Assembly: GCA_965223005.1 (NCBI GenBank)
Contig: CBDCVK010000005.1
Coordinates: forward strand, 64,001-128,000
From: Terriglobia bacterium
Lineage (GTDB): Bacteria; Acidobacteriota; Terriglobia; JAJPHL01; JAPKYU01
DNA length: 64,000 nucleotides
Direction of reading: 5' to 3'
This document shows, in pieces, positions 10,538-21,487 of the stretch (positions are counted from its first letter, which is position 1; each line of letters opens with the position of its first letter). A model generated the notes under the pieces. That model saw only the letters and a program-made list of their open reading frames with translations. It had not been told where the DNA came from and made no database searches. The position numbers and the translations under genes are program-made.

Positions 10538-10624
10538 GCAGCTATCCTGGATGCCTCGTTCCAACTGGTGACGGCGCAGAACCCGGTGCGTGCAGGAGAC
10601 ACGCTGCAGATCTTCTGCACCGGC
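10538..10624 (+). pseudogene. Short remnant resembling the TIGR03437 (Solibacter-type C-terminal) domain
   Basis: Reads AAILDASFQLVTAQNPVRAGDTLQIFCTG, with in-frame stops just upstream and no start codon. Resembles the NP(A/V)xxGDxxxx(F/Y)xTG signature as remembered. Confidence 0.5.
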
Positions 10625-10697
10625 CGTTCAGCGTGGGCACATTTGTGGCACAGACAGAAAAAGGAGCCGTAATCAATTGAGCAGAAAAGGGGAAAGC

Positions 10698-10784
10698 TGG
10701 TGCGGAGAGGGGGATTTGAACCCCCACGAGGTTGCCCTCGCCAGCCCCTCAAGCTGGTGCGTCTGCCAGTTCCGCCACCTCCGC
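10698..10784 (-). tRNA. tRNA-Leu(GAG)
   Basis: Reverse complement is GCGGAGGTGGCGGAACTGGCAGACGCACCAGCTTGAGGGGCTGGCGAGGGCAACCTCGTGGGGGTTCAAATCCCCCTCTCCGCACCA: cloverleaf, long variable arm, anticodon GAG, encoded CCA. Lies in its usual position after secG. Confidence 0.97.
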
Positions 10785-10900
10785 ACTTGAAGGATTCGGC
10801 CCGATTATACCAAAAGCCCTAGACGAGCAGCGGAAACCCTCCTTGCCCGCTTGGTGGAGGCCTCTGGCGTTACTTTGGCGGCGGCGCAGGCGTTGCCGGG

Positions 10901-11254
10901 CTACTGCGGCTGGGGTTGCGGTTGCGGCTGAACCGGCGCCGCGGGTTGGGGCGCTTGTTCCGAGCCGGCCGGTTCGGTCGTTTCTTCCTGCGCGCTCTCT
11001 TCCAGCACTGAGCCTGGGCCGACCCGTTGCGTGGCCATGATAGTCAGCGTCAGAGAAGTCAGCATGAAGAGGATGGCACAGGCGGTGGTTGCCTTGGAAA
11101 GCAGAGTGGCGGCGCCGCGTGGCCCAAAGGCCGTCTGGCTGCCCATGCCGCCGAAGGCGCCGGCCAAGTCGGCCGCCTTCCCGCTTTGCAGCAGCACCGC
11201 CAGAATCAGCACCAGGCAAACCAGCACGTGAAGGATGATCAGAAAGGTATACAT
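10901..11254 (-). CDS. secG: Preprotein translocase subunit SecG
   Basis: VLLQSGKAADLAGAFGG loop between two TM helices; tpiA-secG-tRNA-Leu synteny. Confidence 0.95.
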   Translation of the reverse strand: MYTFLIILHVLVCLVLILAVLLQSGKAADLAGAFGGMGSQTAFGPRGAATLLSKATTACAILFMLTSLTLTIMATQRVGPGSVLEESAQEETTEPAGSEQAPQPAAPVQPQPQPQPQ

Positions 11255-11278
11255 CGTGTTTGGGTCCAGGCCTTCGCT

Positions 11279-12028
11279 TTAGAAATTCACAATTGCCGCA
11301 AACGACTTTGCCTCCAGACTCGCACCTCCTACCAGCGCTCCATCAATGTCGGTCTGGGCCATCAAGCCCTTGATGTTGTCCGGCTTGACGCTGCCGCCGT
11401 AGAGGATGCGCTGGCGGTCTGCCACCTCCCGGCCAAAACCGGCTGCCACCACGGAACGAATGAACCCGTGCGCCTTCTGAGCGATTTCCGGCGTGGCCGT
11501 CCGCCCGGTGCCGATGGCCCACACCGGCTCGTACGCGATAATTATACGGGCAAGTTCGGCAACGGTCAAACCATCCAGGCCCTTTTCACCCTGTTGCTTG
11601 AGCACTGCTTCGGTCCGGCCCGCCTCGCGTTCCTTCAGTAGCTCACCGATGCAGACGATGGCTTCCAGCTCCGCCTCCAATGCGGTACGAATTTTCTTGT
11701 TCACTGTCTGATCCGTCTCCCCGAAGTATTGGCGCCGTTCCGAGTGCCCAATAATGGCGAAGCGGCAGCCAGCTTCGGCCAGCATCGGTGCGGAGACCTG
11801 CCCAGTAAAGGCGCCCTGCTTTTCCCAGTAAATGTCCTGCCCCGAGATGCCCACACGGGAGCCGCGGGCTAGCTCCACCGCTGTTCCGATAGCGGTAAAC
11901 GGCGGGGCGATGGCAATCTCGGAATGGGTGGAATTGGCCACCAGGGGCAGGAACTCGAGGAAAAACTGCTTGGTCTCAGCGAGCGTCTTGTACATTTTCC
12001 AATTGCCGGCGATCAGGGGAACGCGCAT
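11279..12028 (-). CDS. tpiA: Triosephosphate isomerase
   Basis: AGNWKM, IIGHSERR, AYEPVWAIGTG, YGGSVK and LVGGASL. Start ATG 12028 after GAGGAG. Confidence 0.98.
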   Translation of the reverse strand: MRVPLIAGNWKMYKTLAETKQFFLEFLPLVANSTHSEIAIAPPFTAIGTAVELARGSRVGISGQDIYWEKQGAFTGQVSAPMLAEAGCRFAIIGHSERRQYFGETDQTVNKKIRTALEAELEAIVCIGELLKEREAGRTEAVLKQQGEKGLDGLTVAELARIIIAYEPVWAIGTGRTATPEIAQKAHGFIRSVVAAGFGREVADRQRILYGGSVKPDNIKGLMAQTDIDGALVGGASLEAKSFAAIVNF

Positions 12029-12187
12029 CAGTCGGGTCACCTCCTCAAGAAAACTGGTCCCGCAGTCCAGTTGCACCCGGATTCTCCACGATCCCGCAGA
12101 TGTTGAGCGCGATCAGGATCACCCGCTCGAATCGTGGCATAATCGGCACGTGTGTCAATGTAGCACGTTGCGGAACCGAGGTGCTCG

Positions 12188-13093
12188 ATGAACGTGTTCC
12201 TGACTGGCGCCACCGGCTTCGTCGGGAGCCACCTGGTGAAAGGGCTACTGGCCGCCGGCCACAGAGTGCGCGCACTGGAGCGCTCGATGGGCAAGGCCAG
12301 GACCAGTGCGCCCGGCATCGAATATGTCCCCGGCGACATTCTGCAGGCAGCCTCCCTGCGGGACGTGATGCCAGGTTGCGACGCCGTCATCCACCTGGTA
12401 GGGACTATCGCCGAGGCGAAGGGAGCCACGTTCGAGCGCGTCCACCACGAGGGCACCCGCAAGGTGGTGGCTGTGGCGAAAGCCAGCCGCATCCGTCGCT
12501 TCGTTCACATGAGCGCGCTGGGCACGCGCCCCAACGCGGTCGCCGCCTACCACAAGACCAAGTGGAAAGGGGAAGAGGCGGTCCGGGCGTGCGGCATCCC
12601 TTGGGTCATTCTGCGCCCTTCCATAATTTACGGGCCAGGGATTTACGGTCCCGACGACGGCTTCACCACCCACATGCTCGAACTGATGCGCAAAGCGCCG
12701 CGGCGGCCTATCGTTGGTAGCGGACAGTACCCGGTTCAGCCCATATACATCGAGGACGTGGTGGATTGCTTCGTCCAATCGCTCACCAACGACGCGGCGC
12801 TAGGACGCGAAGTGGCCCTAGCGGGGCCACGGGCCATGCCGATTGAGGAGATGCTGGACGCACTGGCCGACGCAGCCAGCATCCGAAAGGGGAAAATTCA
12901 CCTGCCCTTTTGGTTGATGTACGCCAACGCCGCGCTTCTGGAAGCCTTCCTTCCCTTCCCGCCGGTGACCCGCAACCAGTTGACGATGATGCGAGAGGGC
13001 TCCACTTGCGACACCGCCCCGATGCTCACGACCTTCCGTATGAAGCACTGGACGCTGGAGGAAGGCTTGAAGCAAATGAAGTTTGAGGCATAA
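12188..13093 (+). CDS. NAD-dependent epimerase/dehydratase, complex I NDUFA9-like atypical SDR
   Basis: TGATGFVG, HMSALG, YHKTK (YxxxK), ILRPS and QPIYIEDV. Confidence 0.88.
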   Translation: MNVFLTGATGFVGSHLVKGLLAAGHRVRALERSMGKARTSAPGIEYVPGDILQAASLRDVMPGCDAVIHLVGTIAEAKGATFERVHHEGTRKVVAVAKASRIRRFVHMSALGTRPNAVAAYHKTKWKGEEAVRACGIPWVILRPSIIYGPGIYGPDDGFTTHMLELMRKAPRRPIVGSGQYPVQPIYIEDVVDCFVQSLTNDAALGREVALAGPRAMPIEEMLDALADAASIRKGKIHLPFWLMYANAALLEAFLPFPPVTRNQLTMMREGSTCDTAPMLTTFRMKHWTLEEGLKQMKFEA

Positions 13094-13132
13094 GGGCTGG
13101 CAGCTTGTGGCTTGTGGTAGGCTTGGGGTGCG

Positions 13133-14044
13133 ATGCCGCTGCCGGCCACGATCAAGATTGGGACCGCCGGCTGGTCCTACGCCGACTGGGTGGGCCCTGT
13201 TTATCCGCGCTTCCGACATCCTGGCTTCCACCAGGCGGCCTACTTGGCCCAGTACTTCGATACTCTGGAAATCAACACTTCCTTCTATCGGCCCGTCCGC
13301 CCTGAGCACGCCCGGCTGTGGGCCCTGCGCGTGGCTTACAACCAGCGCTTCCTGTTCACTGCCAAACTCCACCGCTCCTTCACCCACGACGGCAATGCCG
13401 GCCCCGAAGAGGAGCGAGCATTCCGGGCCATGGCCGACGTGCTGATGGAGTCGGGGCGATTAGGGGCGGTGCTGGCCCAATTCCCCTGGTCCTTCAAGCA
13501 CACGGTGGAGAACCGGGCCTATGTGGGCGCGCTGCTGGAACGCCTCCGCGACTACCCGATGGTGGTGGAGATGCGGCACGGCGACTGGCTCTCCCGACCC
13601 TTCCTGGAACTCTTGAACGAACACGGCGCCGGCTTCTGCAATATTGACCAACCCACGCTGTCCCACGGCATGGGCCCCAGCGCCGTGCTCGCGGGCCGAA
13701 TTGGCTACATCCGCTTTCACGGGCGCAATTATCAGTCCTGGTTCGCCAATGGCGAAACCGAGTCGCGGCATGAGCGCTACAATTATCTCTACTCACCGGA
13801 AGAGATGGAGCCGTGGCGAAAGCGGATCCAGCAGGTGGCCGCCGGCGCGCATACCACTTACGTCATTACCAACAACCACTACCAGGGAAAGGCAGCCGCC
13901 AACGCCCTGCAACTGATCAGCATCCTGCTAGGCAAGCCGGTCGAGGCGCCAGCAACTTTGGTTGAAGTCTACCCGGAACTGGAGTCGTTTGTCGAGACGG
14001 AGCTTCCCGCCCAACAGGCCCTATTCGCAGCCCCCCATTTGTAG
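13133..14044 (+). CDS. DUF72 domain protein
   Basis: IGTAGWSY, EINTSFY, LAQFP, YIRFHGRN, RYNYLYS and NNHY. Confidence 0.92.
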   Translation: MPLPATIKIGTAGWSYADWVGPVYPRFRHPGFHQAAYLAQYFDTLEINTSFYRPVRPEHARLWALRVAYNQRFLFTAKLHRSFTHDGNAGPEEERAFRAMADVLMESGRLGAVLAQFPWSFKHTVENRAYVGALLERLRDYPMVVEMRHGDWLSRPFLELLNEHGAGFCNIDQPTLSHGMGPSAVLAGRIGYIRFHGRNYQSWFANGETESRHERYNYLYSPEEMEPWRKRIQQVAAGAHTTYVITNNHYQGKAAANALQLISILLGKPVEAPATLVEVYPELESFVETELPAQQALFAAPHL

Positions 14045-14200
14045 CCAGCGCGGGGGGCGTAGCGTTTCGAAATACAACCAATTTCCCATTTTGGAATAGT
14101 CCTGCCTAACCACGGCCTGGTCTCGCACGAATTTTAAAAGAGTTGCAAGCATGTCACGGCGGCGGCAATCGGCTAGCGAAGTGCCTAACTCAAGGCTGTC

Positions 14201-14665
14201 ATGCGCGCGAGAAGCTGGGCCGCTTTTGCAGTGCTGAGCGTCGTCATCCTGGTGTACTCGACCGATTTCCTCACTGGAGAAAGCGCTTATTTGGCAATGG
14301 TGGAATCCCTTTCGGGGAAGCCGGTCGACGTCGAGGACGACCTCACCCTCTTCGGGCACACCGTTTTTCGCAAGAGCAATCATGTCGTGGCCTTTTTCTT
14401 GCTGGGGCTGAGTACGATTCCCTTCAGAAAAGTGGCCCGCGACGCTCGCCGCCTCGCTGTTTTCTGTTGCGCCAGCGTCGCGCTGGCCTCCGAGACGATC
14501 CAGGTATTTTCTGTGTTTCGCCATCCGGCGGCGTACGACGTGGCTCTGAATCTGGCCGCCGCGCTGCTCGGGCTTTGGCTGGTGTTTCACCCGCCCCGCT
14601 TTCTGCGCACGGTGTCCAGAGATAACTTCCCGCTCGCGCGCCTCCGGGCACACCCCACTCGCTAG
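14201..14665 (+). CDS. VanZ family membrane protein
   Basis: RKxxHVVAF, SETIQVF, R..A..DVALNLAAA and 4 TM segments. Confidence 0.75.
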   Translation: MRARSWAAFAVLSVVILVYSTDFLTGESAYLAMVESLSGKPVDVEDDLTLFGHTVFRKSNHVVAFFLLGLSTIPFRKVARDARRLAVFCCASVALASETIQVFSVFRHPAAYDVALNLAAALLGLWLVFHPPRFLRTVSRDNFPLARLRAHPTR

Positions 14666-14767
14666 CAACGTGTCCGGCATCTCCCTTGCTACTGGCTTGT
14701 AGCGCCGCCGTCCCGGCGGCCCGGTGCGGAATACATCTTCAGCCGGGCACAGCAGCCGGGCACAGCA

Positions 14768-16099
<1,332 letters not shown>

Positions 16100-16317
16100 A
16101 ACAGACTCCAAATTCGAACCTGCGCCCCTATCATGGGCGATTGTCGCCGGTTTGGGCAAGGTTTTTGATACGCCTCCCGGCCCCTCCGCCGGCGGGCCGC
16201 GCCCACTCTCCGGCCGGCAGTTACCTCACCCGTTCCCATAGTCAGTCCAGACGGGCTGATGGTAGAATGGCGGCGACTTCGGCGCGGCGGGCAAGCGCGT
16301 CGGGCACGAGGTGCGAA

Positions 16318-17496
16318 ATGCAATGTTCTGTCGCGACAAGGACCGCCTTCTCCCACGCTCTGTGGCTGCTTCTGGTACTCGGGACCGTACAGGCGGCCCA
16401 CGGTCAAGGTTCCCTCCAGGTGCGGGATCCGCTGCCGGTCCCTGACCTTCCCGGCTACAAAACACTGAAGGGCGACTTCCACATCCATACCGTTTTCTCC
16501 GATGGCCAGGTGTGGCCGACCGTGCGGGTCATCGAGGCCTGGCGCGACGGTCTGGATGTGATCGGGCTGACGGACCACGTCGACTCCCATATCCACGCCG
16601 GAGACGTAAAGGTGGACGGCACCCGCTCCGATGCTCTGGCCCGTCCGCTGGCCGACGAATTGGGCCTGATCCTGATCCAGGGCCTAGAAATCACCAAGAC
16701 GCAGCCGCACGGGCCGACGCACTTCAACGCCCTGTTCGTCACCGACCCCAATGCCCTGAATGTACCCGACCTATTCGAGGCACTGCGTCGGGCGCGCGCT
16801 CAGGACGCCTTCGTTTTCTGGAACCATCCCGAGTCTGGCGTCGCAAAACCGGAGTGGTTCCCACCTGTCGCGGCCGCCCACCAGGAAAAGCTGTTTCAGG
16901 GCATGGAACTGGTGAATGGGACCAATTTCTATGCCGGGGCCTATCCGTGGATTGAAGAGAAGAAACTGACGATTATTAGCACCAGTGACAGCCACGATCC
17001 AATGCCGCCCCGCATCGTGAGTGGGATCCGACCCATCACTCTGCTGTTTGTGCGCACGGCCGATGCTGCTGGCGTCCGCGAGGCGCTGCTGGCCCGCCGC
17101 ACAGTGGCCTGGATGGGTGGTCAGCTCTGGGGCGCGGAGTCCTTCCTGCGCGGGCTTTGGCAAGCCGCGGTGACGGTGGAGAACCCTGAGCTGAACTATC
17201 GCGGTCGCGGCACTTACCTGGCCCTCCGCATCCGCAACAACTCCGCCATCGGCTTCCGTCTTCGCGTCCGGCAGGCGCCTGACTGGTTCAACCTCCACAC
17301 CAACCTGATTCCCGCCGGCACTTCGGTGTTCTTCCCGTACCTTGCCCGCGGGGCACCCGAAGGCACCCATCGCTTCGAATTGGAGTTGGAACTCACCAAC
17401 ATACACACTGGCCCGGGACGCAACCTGGTGGTGCGCATGCCTCTCAGTGTGAACATCGGCCGTGAGGCAGCGCGGACCCTAGTAGGACCCCGCTAG
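16318..17496 (+). CDS. Secreted PHP-domain metallophosphoesterase (Sb-PDE-like)
   Basis: GDFHIHTVFSDG, LTDH, WNHP and SDSH metal-binding motifs; signal peptide. Start ATG 16318 after GAGGTG. Confidence 0.85.
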   Translation: MQCSVATRTAFSHALWLLLVLGTVQAAHGQGSLQVRDPLPVPDLPGYKTLKGDFHIHTVFSDGQVWPTVRVIEAWRDGLDVIGLTDHVDSHIHAGDVKVDGTRSDALARPLADELGLILIQGLEITKTQPHGPTHFNALFVTDPNALNVPDLFEALRRARAQDAFVFWNHPESGVAKPEWFPPVAAAHQEKLFQGMELVNGTNFYAGAYPWIEEKKLTIISTSDSHDPMPPRIVSGIRPITLLFVRTADAAGVREALLARRTVAWMGGQLWGAESFLRGLWQAAVTVENPELNYRGRGTYLALRIRNNSAIGFRLRVRQAPDWFNLHTNLIPAGTSVFFPYLARGAPEGTHRFELELELTNIHTGPGRNLVVRMPLSVNIGREAARTLVGPR

Positions 17497-19391
17497 GAAT
17501 TGGGGAGCGCCTGCGGGGGCCGGGTGATCTGGCCCTGGTAGGCTTCGTCCAGGATAATCCTGTTCTTGACAATGGTTTCGCCGGTGGAGCGGTCCAGCTC
17601 GACCCGCGACTTCATGTAATCACCCAGTGCCCGTACGACGGCGCCCTCCGCCTCGGCCAGATCGCGTTGCGCCTGGATGACCAGGAAGATCGTGGCGGCG
17701 CCGAACTGGAACTTCTTCTGCTCGGCGTCCAGGGTACGCTGCTGCAGCTCCCGCGCCTTCCGGGCGGCGTCCAGACGGACGCGGTTCTGCTGCAACCCAA
17801 TCACCGCATTACGCACCTCGGCGCGCACCGTGTTCTCCAGTTGGCGCAGTCGCAATTGCGCCTGCCGCTCCTCGACCTGGGCCTGAGCGGCGTCAGCCTG
17901 CGCGGCCCGGTTCTTGATGGGGATGCTGATTTGCAGCCCAAATGCGTAATCGGGGAAATCGCCGCCGAACATCTGGTTCAGCGACCTGCCGAGGCCGCCT
18001 CTGAATTGCTCCGCAATCTCGACCGGCTCGCCCGTGATCGGACTGGTACCGGCCTGGCCACCGATCCCGCTGCCTCCCCAGTAGGCGAAGGCATCCAGTG
18101 TAGGAAGCATGCCGTTCCTCGCTGCCCGGATGGAGATTTCACGGTTGCGCAGGTCAATGCGGGATTGGGACAACTCGGGCCGGGCTGACAAAGCCGTTCC
18201 AATCAAGTCCTGAACGGGCACCACCGGCTCGACCGGCGGAACAGTGATGCGATCGGTGGGTACAACGCGAGCCGCCCCCAGCCCCGGATCGCTCAGGTCG
18301 CGCAGCACTATGTTCTTCAGCGAAGTTTCCAATTGCTGGGCCGTGGTCTGGGCCACGATCAGGTCCTGGCGGGTCCGCGCCACCTCGGCCTCGGCCCGCA
18401 CGATCTCGATAGGGGCCAGCGTGCCAATCTCCACTTGGCGCTGGTTGTCTTTGTGCAGTTTCTCGGCTACCGCGACGAACCGCTCGCGCACTTTGACGTC
18501 CTCCAGGGTGCTAACCAGGTCCCAGTAGAGATTTTGGACTTGGGTCACCGTCAGAATGACCTGCTGTTTGAACACCAGGTCGCTGACCTCTCGGTTGTTC
18601 TTGGCGATCCGGATGTTGCGCGTGTTGGGGCCGAAGCCGAAGCCCTGCAACAGCCGCTGCGTGATCTGGAACTGGTAGTTGGCATTGATCCGCGGGTTGA
18701 TAGTCTCCGTTCGGTTGGTCTGACGACCGTTGTTCCACCCCAGGCTCAGTGAGGTGCCGCTGTGGAAGGCCTGCTGGTAGGTGAAATTGGCCGTCCCGGT
18801 GTTGGTTTGCAGCTGGTCAACGCCCAGGAACTGTGAGAAGAAGAAGCTTGTGATGGGGGTGGTGCGATGGTTGATGTTGAGGTTGGCGGTGACCACCGGG
18901 TCGAAGCTGCCGATGGGGGCGCCACCGCCCAACGCCGAAGTCACCAATCCTCCGGCGCCCTGGCCCACACCGCCGGCAGCGGTTCCTGTACCTCCCTGGG
19001 CACCTGCGCCGCCGCCGCCTCCACTAACATCCGAGGCACCGGTCACCGTCGTGCGCACGCCCCGGGGCGAGGCCCCGGCCTTGGTGCGCAGAATATCCAG
19101 GTCAGCGATCCTCGGGTTGTAGCGCTGGATGGACACGTCCAGATTATTCTCCAGCGCCAGCGAGATGGCGTCGCTCAGCGACAGAATCAGCTTGCCTTCC
19201 CGAAGCAGGTCCTCGACCCGCCCGGAGTTGCCCAGCACCGGTGCGGGTATCCCCATAGGCCGGTAAGACGAAAGAAAATTAGGAAAGGCGGAGTAGCCCT
19301 TCGTATAGTCCGGTTCCTGGGCCACCAACAGCAGCGGCTGGAGCACCAACCCGGCGATCAGCAACACGACCCATGCTCTCATCATAGACAT
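17493..19391 (-). CDS. TolC family outer membrane efflux protein
   Basis: Signal peptide, LSDAISLALENN and two OEP repeats (VQNLYWDL, RPEL, AEQKKFQFGAAT). Confidence 0.9.
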   Translation of the reverse strand: MSMMRAWVVLLIAGLVLQPLLLVAQEPDYTKGYSAFPNFLSSYRPMGIPAPVLGNSGRVEDLLREGKLILSLSDAISLALENNLDVSIQRYNPRIADLDILRTKAGASPRGVRTTVTGASDVSGGGGGAGAQGGTGTAAGGVGQGAGGLVTSALGGGAPIGSFDPVVTANLNINHRTTPITSFFFSQFLGVDQLQTNTGTANFTYQQAFHSGTSLSLGWNNGRQTNRTETINPRINANYQFQITQRLLQGFGFGPNTRNIRIAKNNREVSDLVFKQQVILTVTQVQNLYWDLVSTLEDVKVRERFVAVAEKLHKDNQRQVEIGTLAPIEIVRAEAEVARTRQDLIVAQTTAQQLETSLKNIVLRDLSDPGLGAARVVPTDRITVPPVEPVVPVQDLIGTALSARPELSQSRIDLRNREISIRAARNGMLPTLDAFAYWGGSGIGGQAGTSPITGEPVEIAEQFRGGLGRSLNQMFGGDFPDYAFGLQISIPIKNRAAQADAAQAQVEERQAQLRLRQLENTVRAEVRNAVIGLQQNRVRLDAARKARELQQRTLDAEQKKFQFGAATIFLVIQAQRDLAEAEGAVVRALGDYMKSRVELDRSTGETIVKNRIILDEAYQGQITRPPQALPNS

Positions 19392-19606
19392 GAACCTCTT
19401 CCTGTGTGTTTTATCAGGCCTTGTGTCTGGTTTGGAAAGGACACAGTAGTCTTCCTAATACAAAAGGGGACAGACAAACATTCCGCGATTTCAACAACTT
19501 GGCCGCAGACCCGCTCTTGCTCCCGCGGACCAAGGGCGAACCTTTTCATGCTAGCATCCACTCACTCACCTTGACAACGCAGAGTAGCTCGAATAGAAGC
19601 AATTAC

Positions 19607-20182
19607 GTGTCAAACCCCGAACAAGTGCGGAAGTTGTTGGAGGAAACGGGCGCGCTGCTGGAGGGCCACTTCCTGCTGTCGTCAGGGCTGCACAGCTCGC
19701 ACTACCTGCAATGCGCCCGCCTTTTGGAAGATCCCCAACGCTCCGAACACCTGGGTCGTGCGCTGGCCGAGAAGTTTGCCGGCCAGATGGTTGATCTGGT
19801 GGCTAGCCCAGCGGTGGGAGCGCTGATCATCGGCCACGAGGTGGCCCGCGCCGCTGGGGCGCGCTTTATTTTCACCGAGCGCGACGCCAGCGGGCAGGCG
19901 GCCTTGCGCCGAGGCTTCCAGGTGATACCCGGCGAGCGTGCGCTGGTGGTAGAGGACGTGGTCACCACCGGCGGTTCCACCCGCGAGGTGCTGACGGTAC
20001 TGCGTGCCGGAGGCGCCGAAATCCGCGGTGTGGCAACCATCGTGGACCGAAGCGGTGGCCACGGTGATTTCGGCGTCCCCCTGGTCAGCCTCCTGCAATT
20101 GTCTCTCCCCACCTGGGCCTCGGACCAGTGCAACCTTTGCCGCCAGGGAGCTCCGCTGGAAAAGCCCGGCTCACGCCGCTAG
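19607..20182 (+). CDS. pyrE: Orotate phosphoribosyltransferase
   Basis: GHFLLSSGLHS, PRPP-binding VVEDVVTTGGS and IVDRS. Start estimated at GTG 19607. Confidence 0.95.
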   Translation: MSNPEQVRKLLEETGALLEGHFLLSSGLHSSHYLQCARLLEDPQRSEHLGRALAEKFAGQMVDLVASPAVGALIIGHEVARAAGARFIFTERDASGQAALRRGFQVIPGERALVVEDVVTTGGSTREVLTVLRAGGAEIRGVATIVDRSGGHGDFGVPLVSLLQLSLPTWASDQCNLCRQGAPLEKPGSRR

Positions 20183-20191
20183 TGGTGAGTC

Positions 20192-20953
20192 ATGCGTGCG
20201 ATCAAGCTGACGCTCTCCTACGATGGGAGCGAATTCCACGGCTGGCAAATCCAGCCGCGCGAGCCGACCATCCAGGCCACGCTGATGGAAGCAGTGGAAC
20301 GGGTCATTGGCACACGCGTGCCAGTCGATGCCAGCGGGCGCACGGATGCTGGTGTGCATGCGCTCGGGCAGGTGGCCAGCTTCCACACGCATGCCACCAT
20401 CCCGGTGGCCAACCTGGCCAGAGCGCTCAACGGCAAGCTTCCCCACAGCATCCGGGTGCTGGCAGCCGAAGAAGCTCCCGCCGGCTTCCACGCCCGCTTC
20501 CAGGCGCGCTCCAAGACTTACCGCTTTCGCCTGTACCGCGCCGAGGTTTGCCCGCCCTACCTGTGGCGCTACGTGCACCACTTTCCTCACACGTTGGATG
20601 AAGCGGTGACGATAGCCGCGGCTCCGCTGTTTGAAGGCACCCACGACTTCACCGCAATGGCGTCTTCCGAAGGCCGGGGCGGGGCGAGTCCCGAGGATGT
20701 CCCTGAGGAATCCAAGACCCGGATCATCCATGAGTCCAGTCTCACGCGGGAAGCGGAGGAGTTGGTGTACACGGTGAGAGGCAGCGGCTTCCTTCACCAC
20801 ATGGTCCGAAACATGGTTGGCACGCTGCTGGAGGTTGGCAGGGGGCGGTTGGCCGCAGACCAGATCCCCAAGATTCTGGCTGCGCGGGACCGCACCGGGG
20901 CCGGACCTACTCTGCCCGGAAAAGGCCTCTGGCTGGTTTCCGTGAAATACTAA
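20192..20953 (+). CDS. truA: tRNA pseudouridine(38-40) synthase
   Basis: YDGSEFHGWQ, SGRTDAGVHALGQ, FHARF and FLHHMVR. Confidence 0.97.
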   Translation: MRAIKLTLSYDGSEFHGWQIQPREPTIQATLMEAVERVIGTRVPVDASGRTDAGVHALGQVASFHTHATIPVANLARALNGKLPHSIRVLAAEEAPAGFHARFQARSKTYRFRLYRAEVCPPYLWRYVHHFPHTLDEAVTIAAAPLFEGTHDFTAMASSEGRGGASPEDVPEESKTRIIHESSLTREAEELVYTVRGSGFLHHMVRNMVGTLLEVGRGRLAADQIPKILAARDRTGAGPTLPGKGLWLVSVKY

Positions 20954-21018
20954 GAAACGTCACACTTCACTCATAATTCGTAATTTGTCTTATGGTGAAA
21001 TCCATCAATCCCGCGACC

Positions 21019-21060
21019 GGCGCGGATGAGCGGCCTGCCGGGCGCGATCCGCGCCTTGTT
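21019..21060 (+). terminator. Possible intrinsic terminator after pyrE-truA
   Basis: GGCGCGGAT...ATCCGCGCC 9-bp inverted repeat followed by TTGTT; the U-tract is weak. Confidence 0.35.
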
Positions 21061-21164
21061 CCACCGCAAACTATGAGAGACTGAAGAAGCCATAGCGGCC
21101 GGCTTTAGCCTGCCTCTACATGGCACCCTGAAGGTTGCCATTACGGAACGAAAGGAGAGCCTGG

Positions 21165-21455
21165 ATGGCCGTCAAACCCCGCACGACTGTTGAGAATCCT
21201 CCCGTTTCGGAATTGCTGACCACCCTGTCCAGCGGCCAGAAAGTGAAGCGCCGCACCCTGCGAATGCGTGCCTGCAACGAAAAGGACGCCAAGGACAAGC
21301 TCTGCTGCGGGCACCTGAAACGCTGGCGCGGCTTCGGCGACGAGGTCAAGAAAACATTTGGCGAGAATGCCGAAGTCTACCGCTGTGAACGTTGCAAGAC
21401 GCTCTACCTGCCCCACACGTCGGAGGAACCCCGCACCGCCATCCTTTCTTTCTAG
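21165..21455 (+). CDS. Small hypothetical protein with probable Zn-binding Cys/His residues
   Basis: RBS AAGGAG before ATG 21165; pattern C..CCGHLK..YRCERC. Confidence 0.75.
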   Translation: MAVKPRTTVENPPVSELLTTLSSGQKVKRRTLRMRACNEKDAKDKLCCGHLKRWRGFGDEVKKTFGENAEVYRCERCKTLYLPHTSEEPRTAILSF

Positions 21456-21487
21456 GTGGCTGGCAGGTCGGCGGGAACTGTGGCCGT

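Noticed and set aside
9610-14200. Integron attC-like words (GTTAGGC near 9626 and 47095; GCCTAAC near 14104 and 14183)
   Set aside because: Core and inverse-core sites are not paired within attC distance, and there is no cassette array or integron integrase.
19571-19599. Sigma70 promoter for pyrE (TTGACA at 19571)
   Set aside because: The hexamer at 17-bp spacing (TAGAAG) lacks the conserved final T, so support is insufficient.
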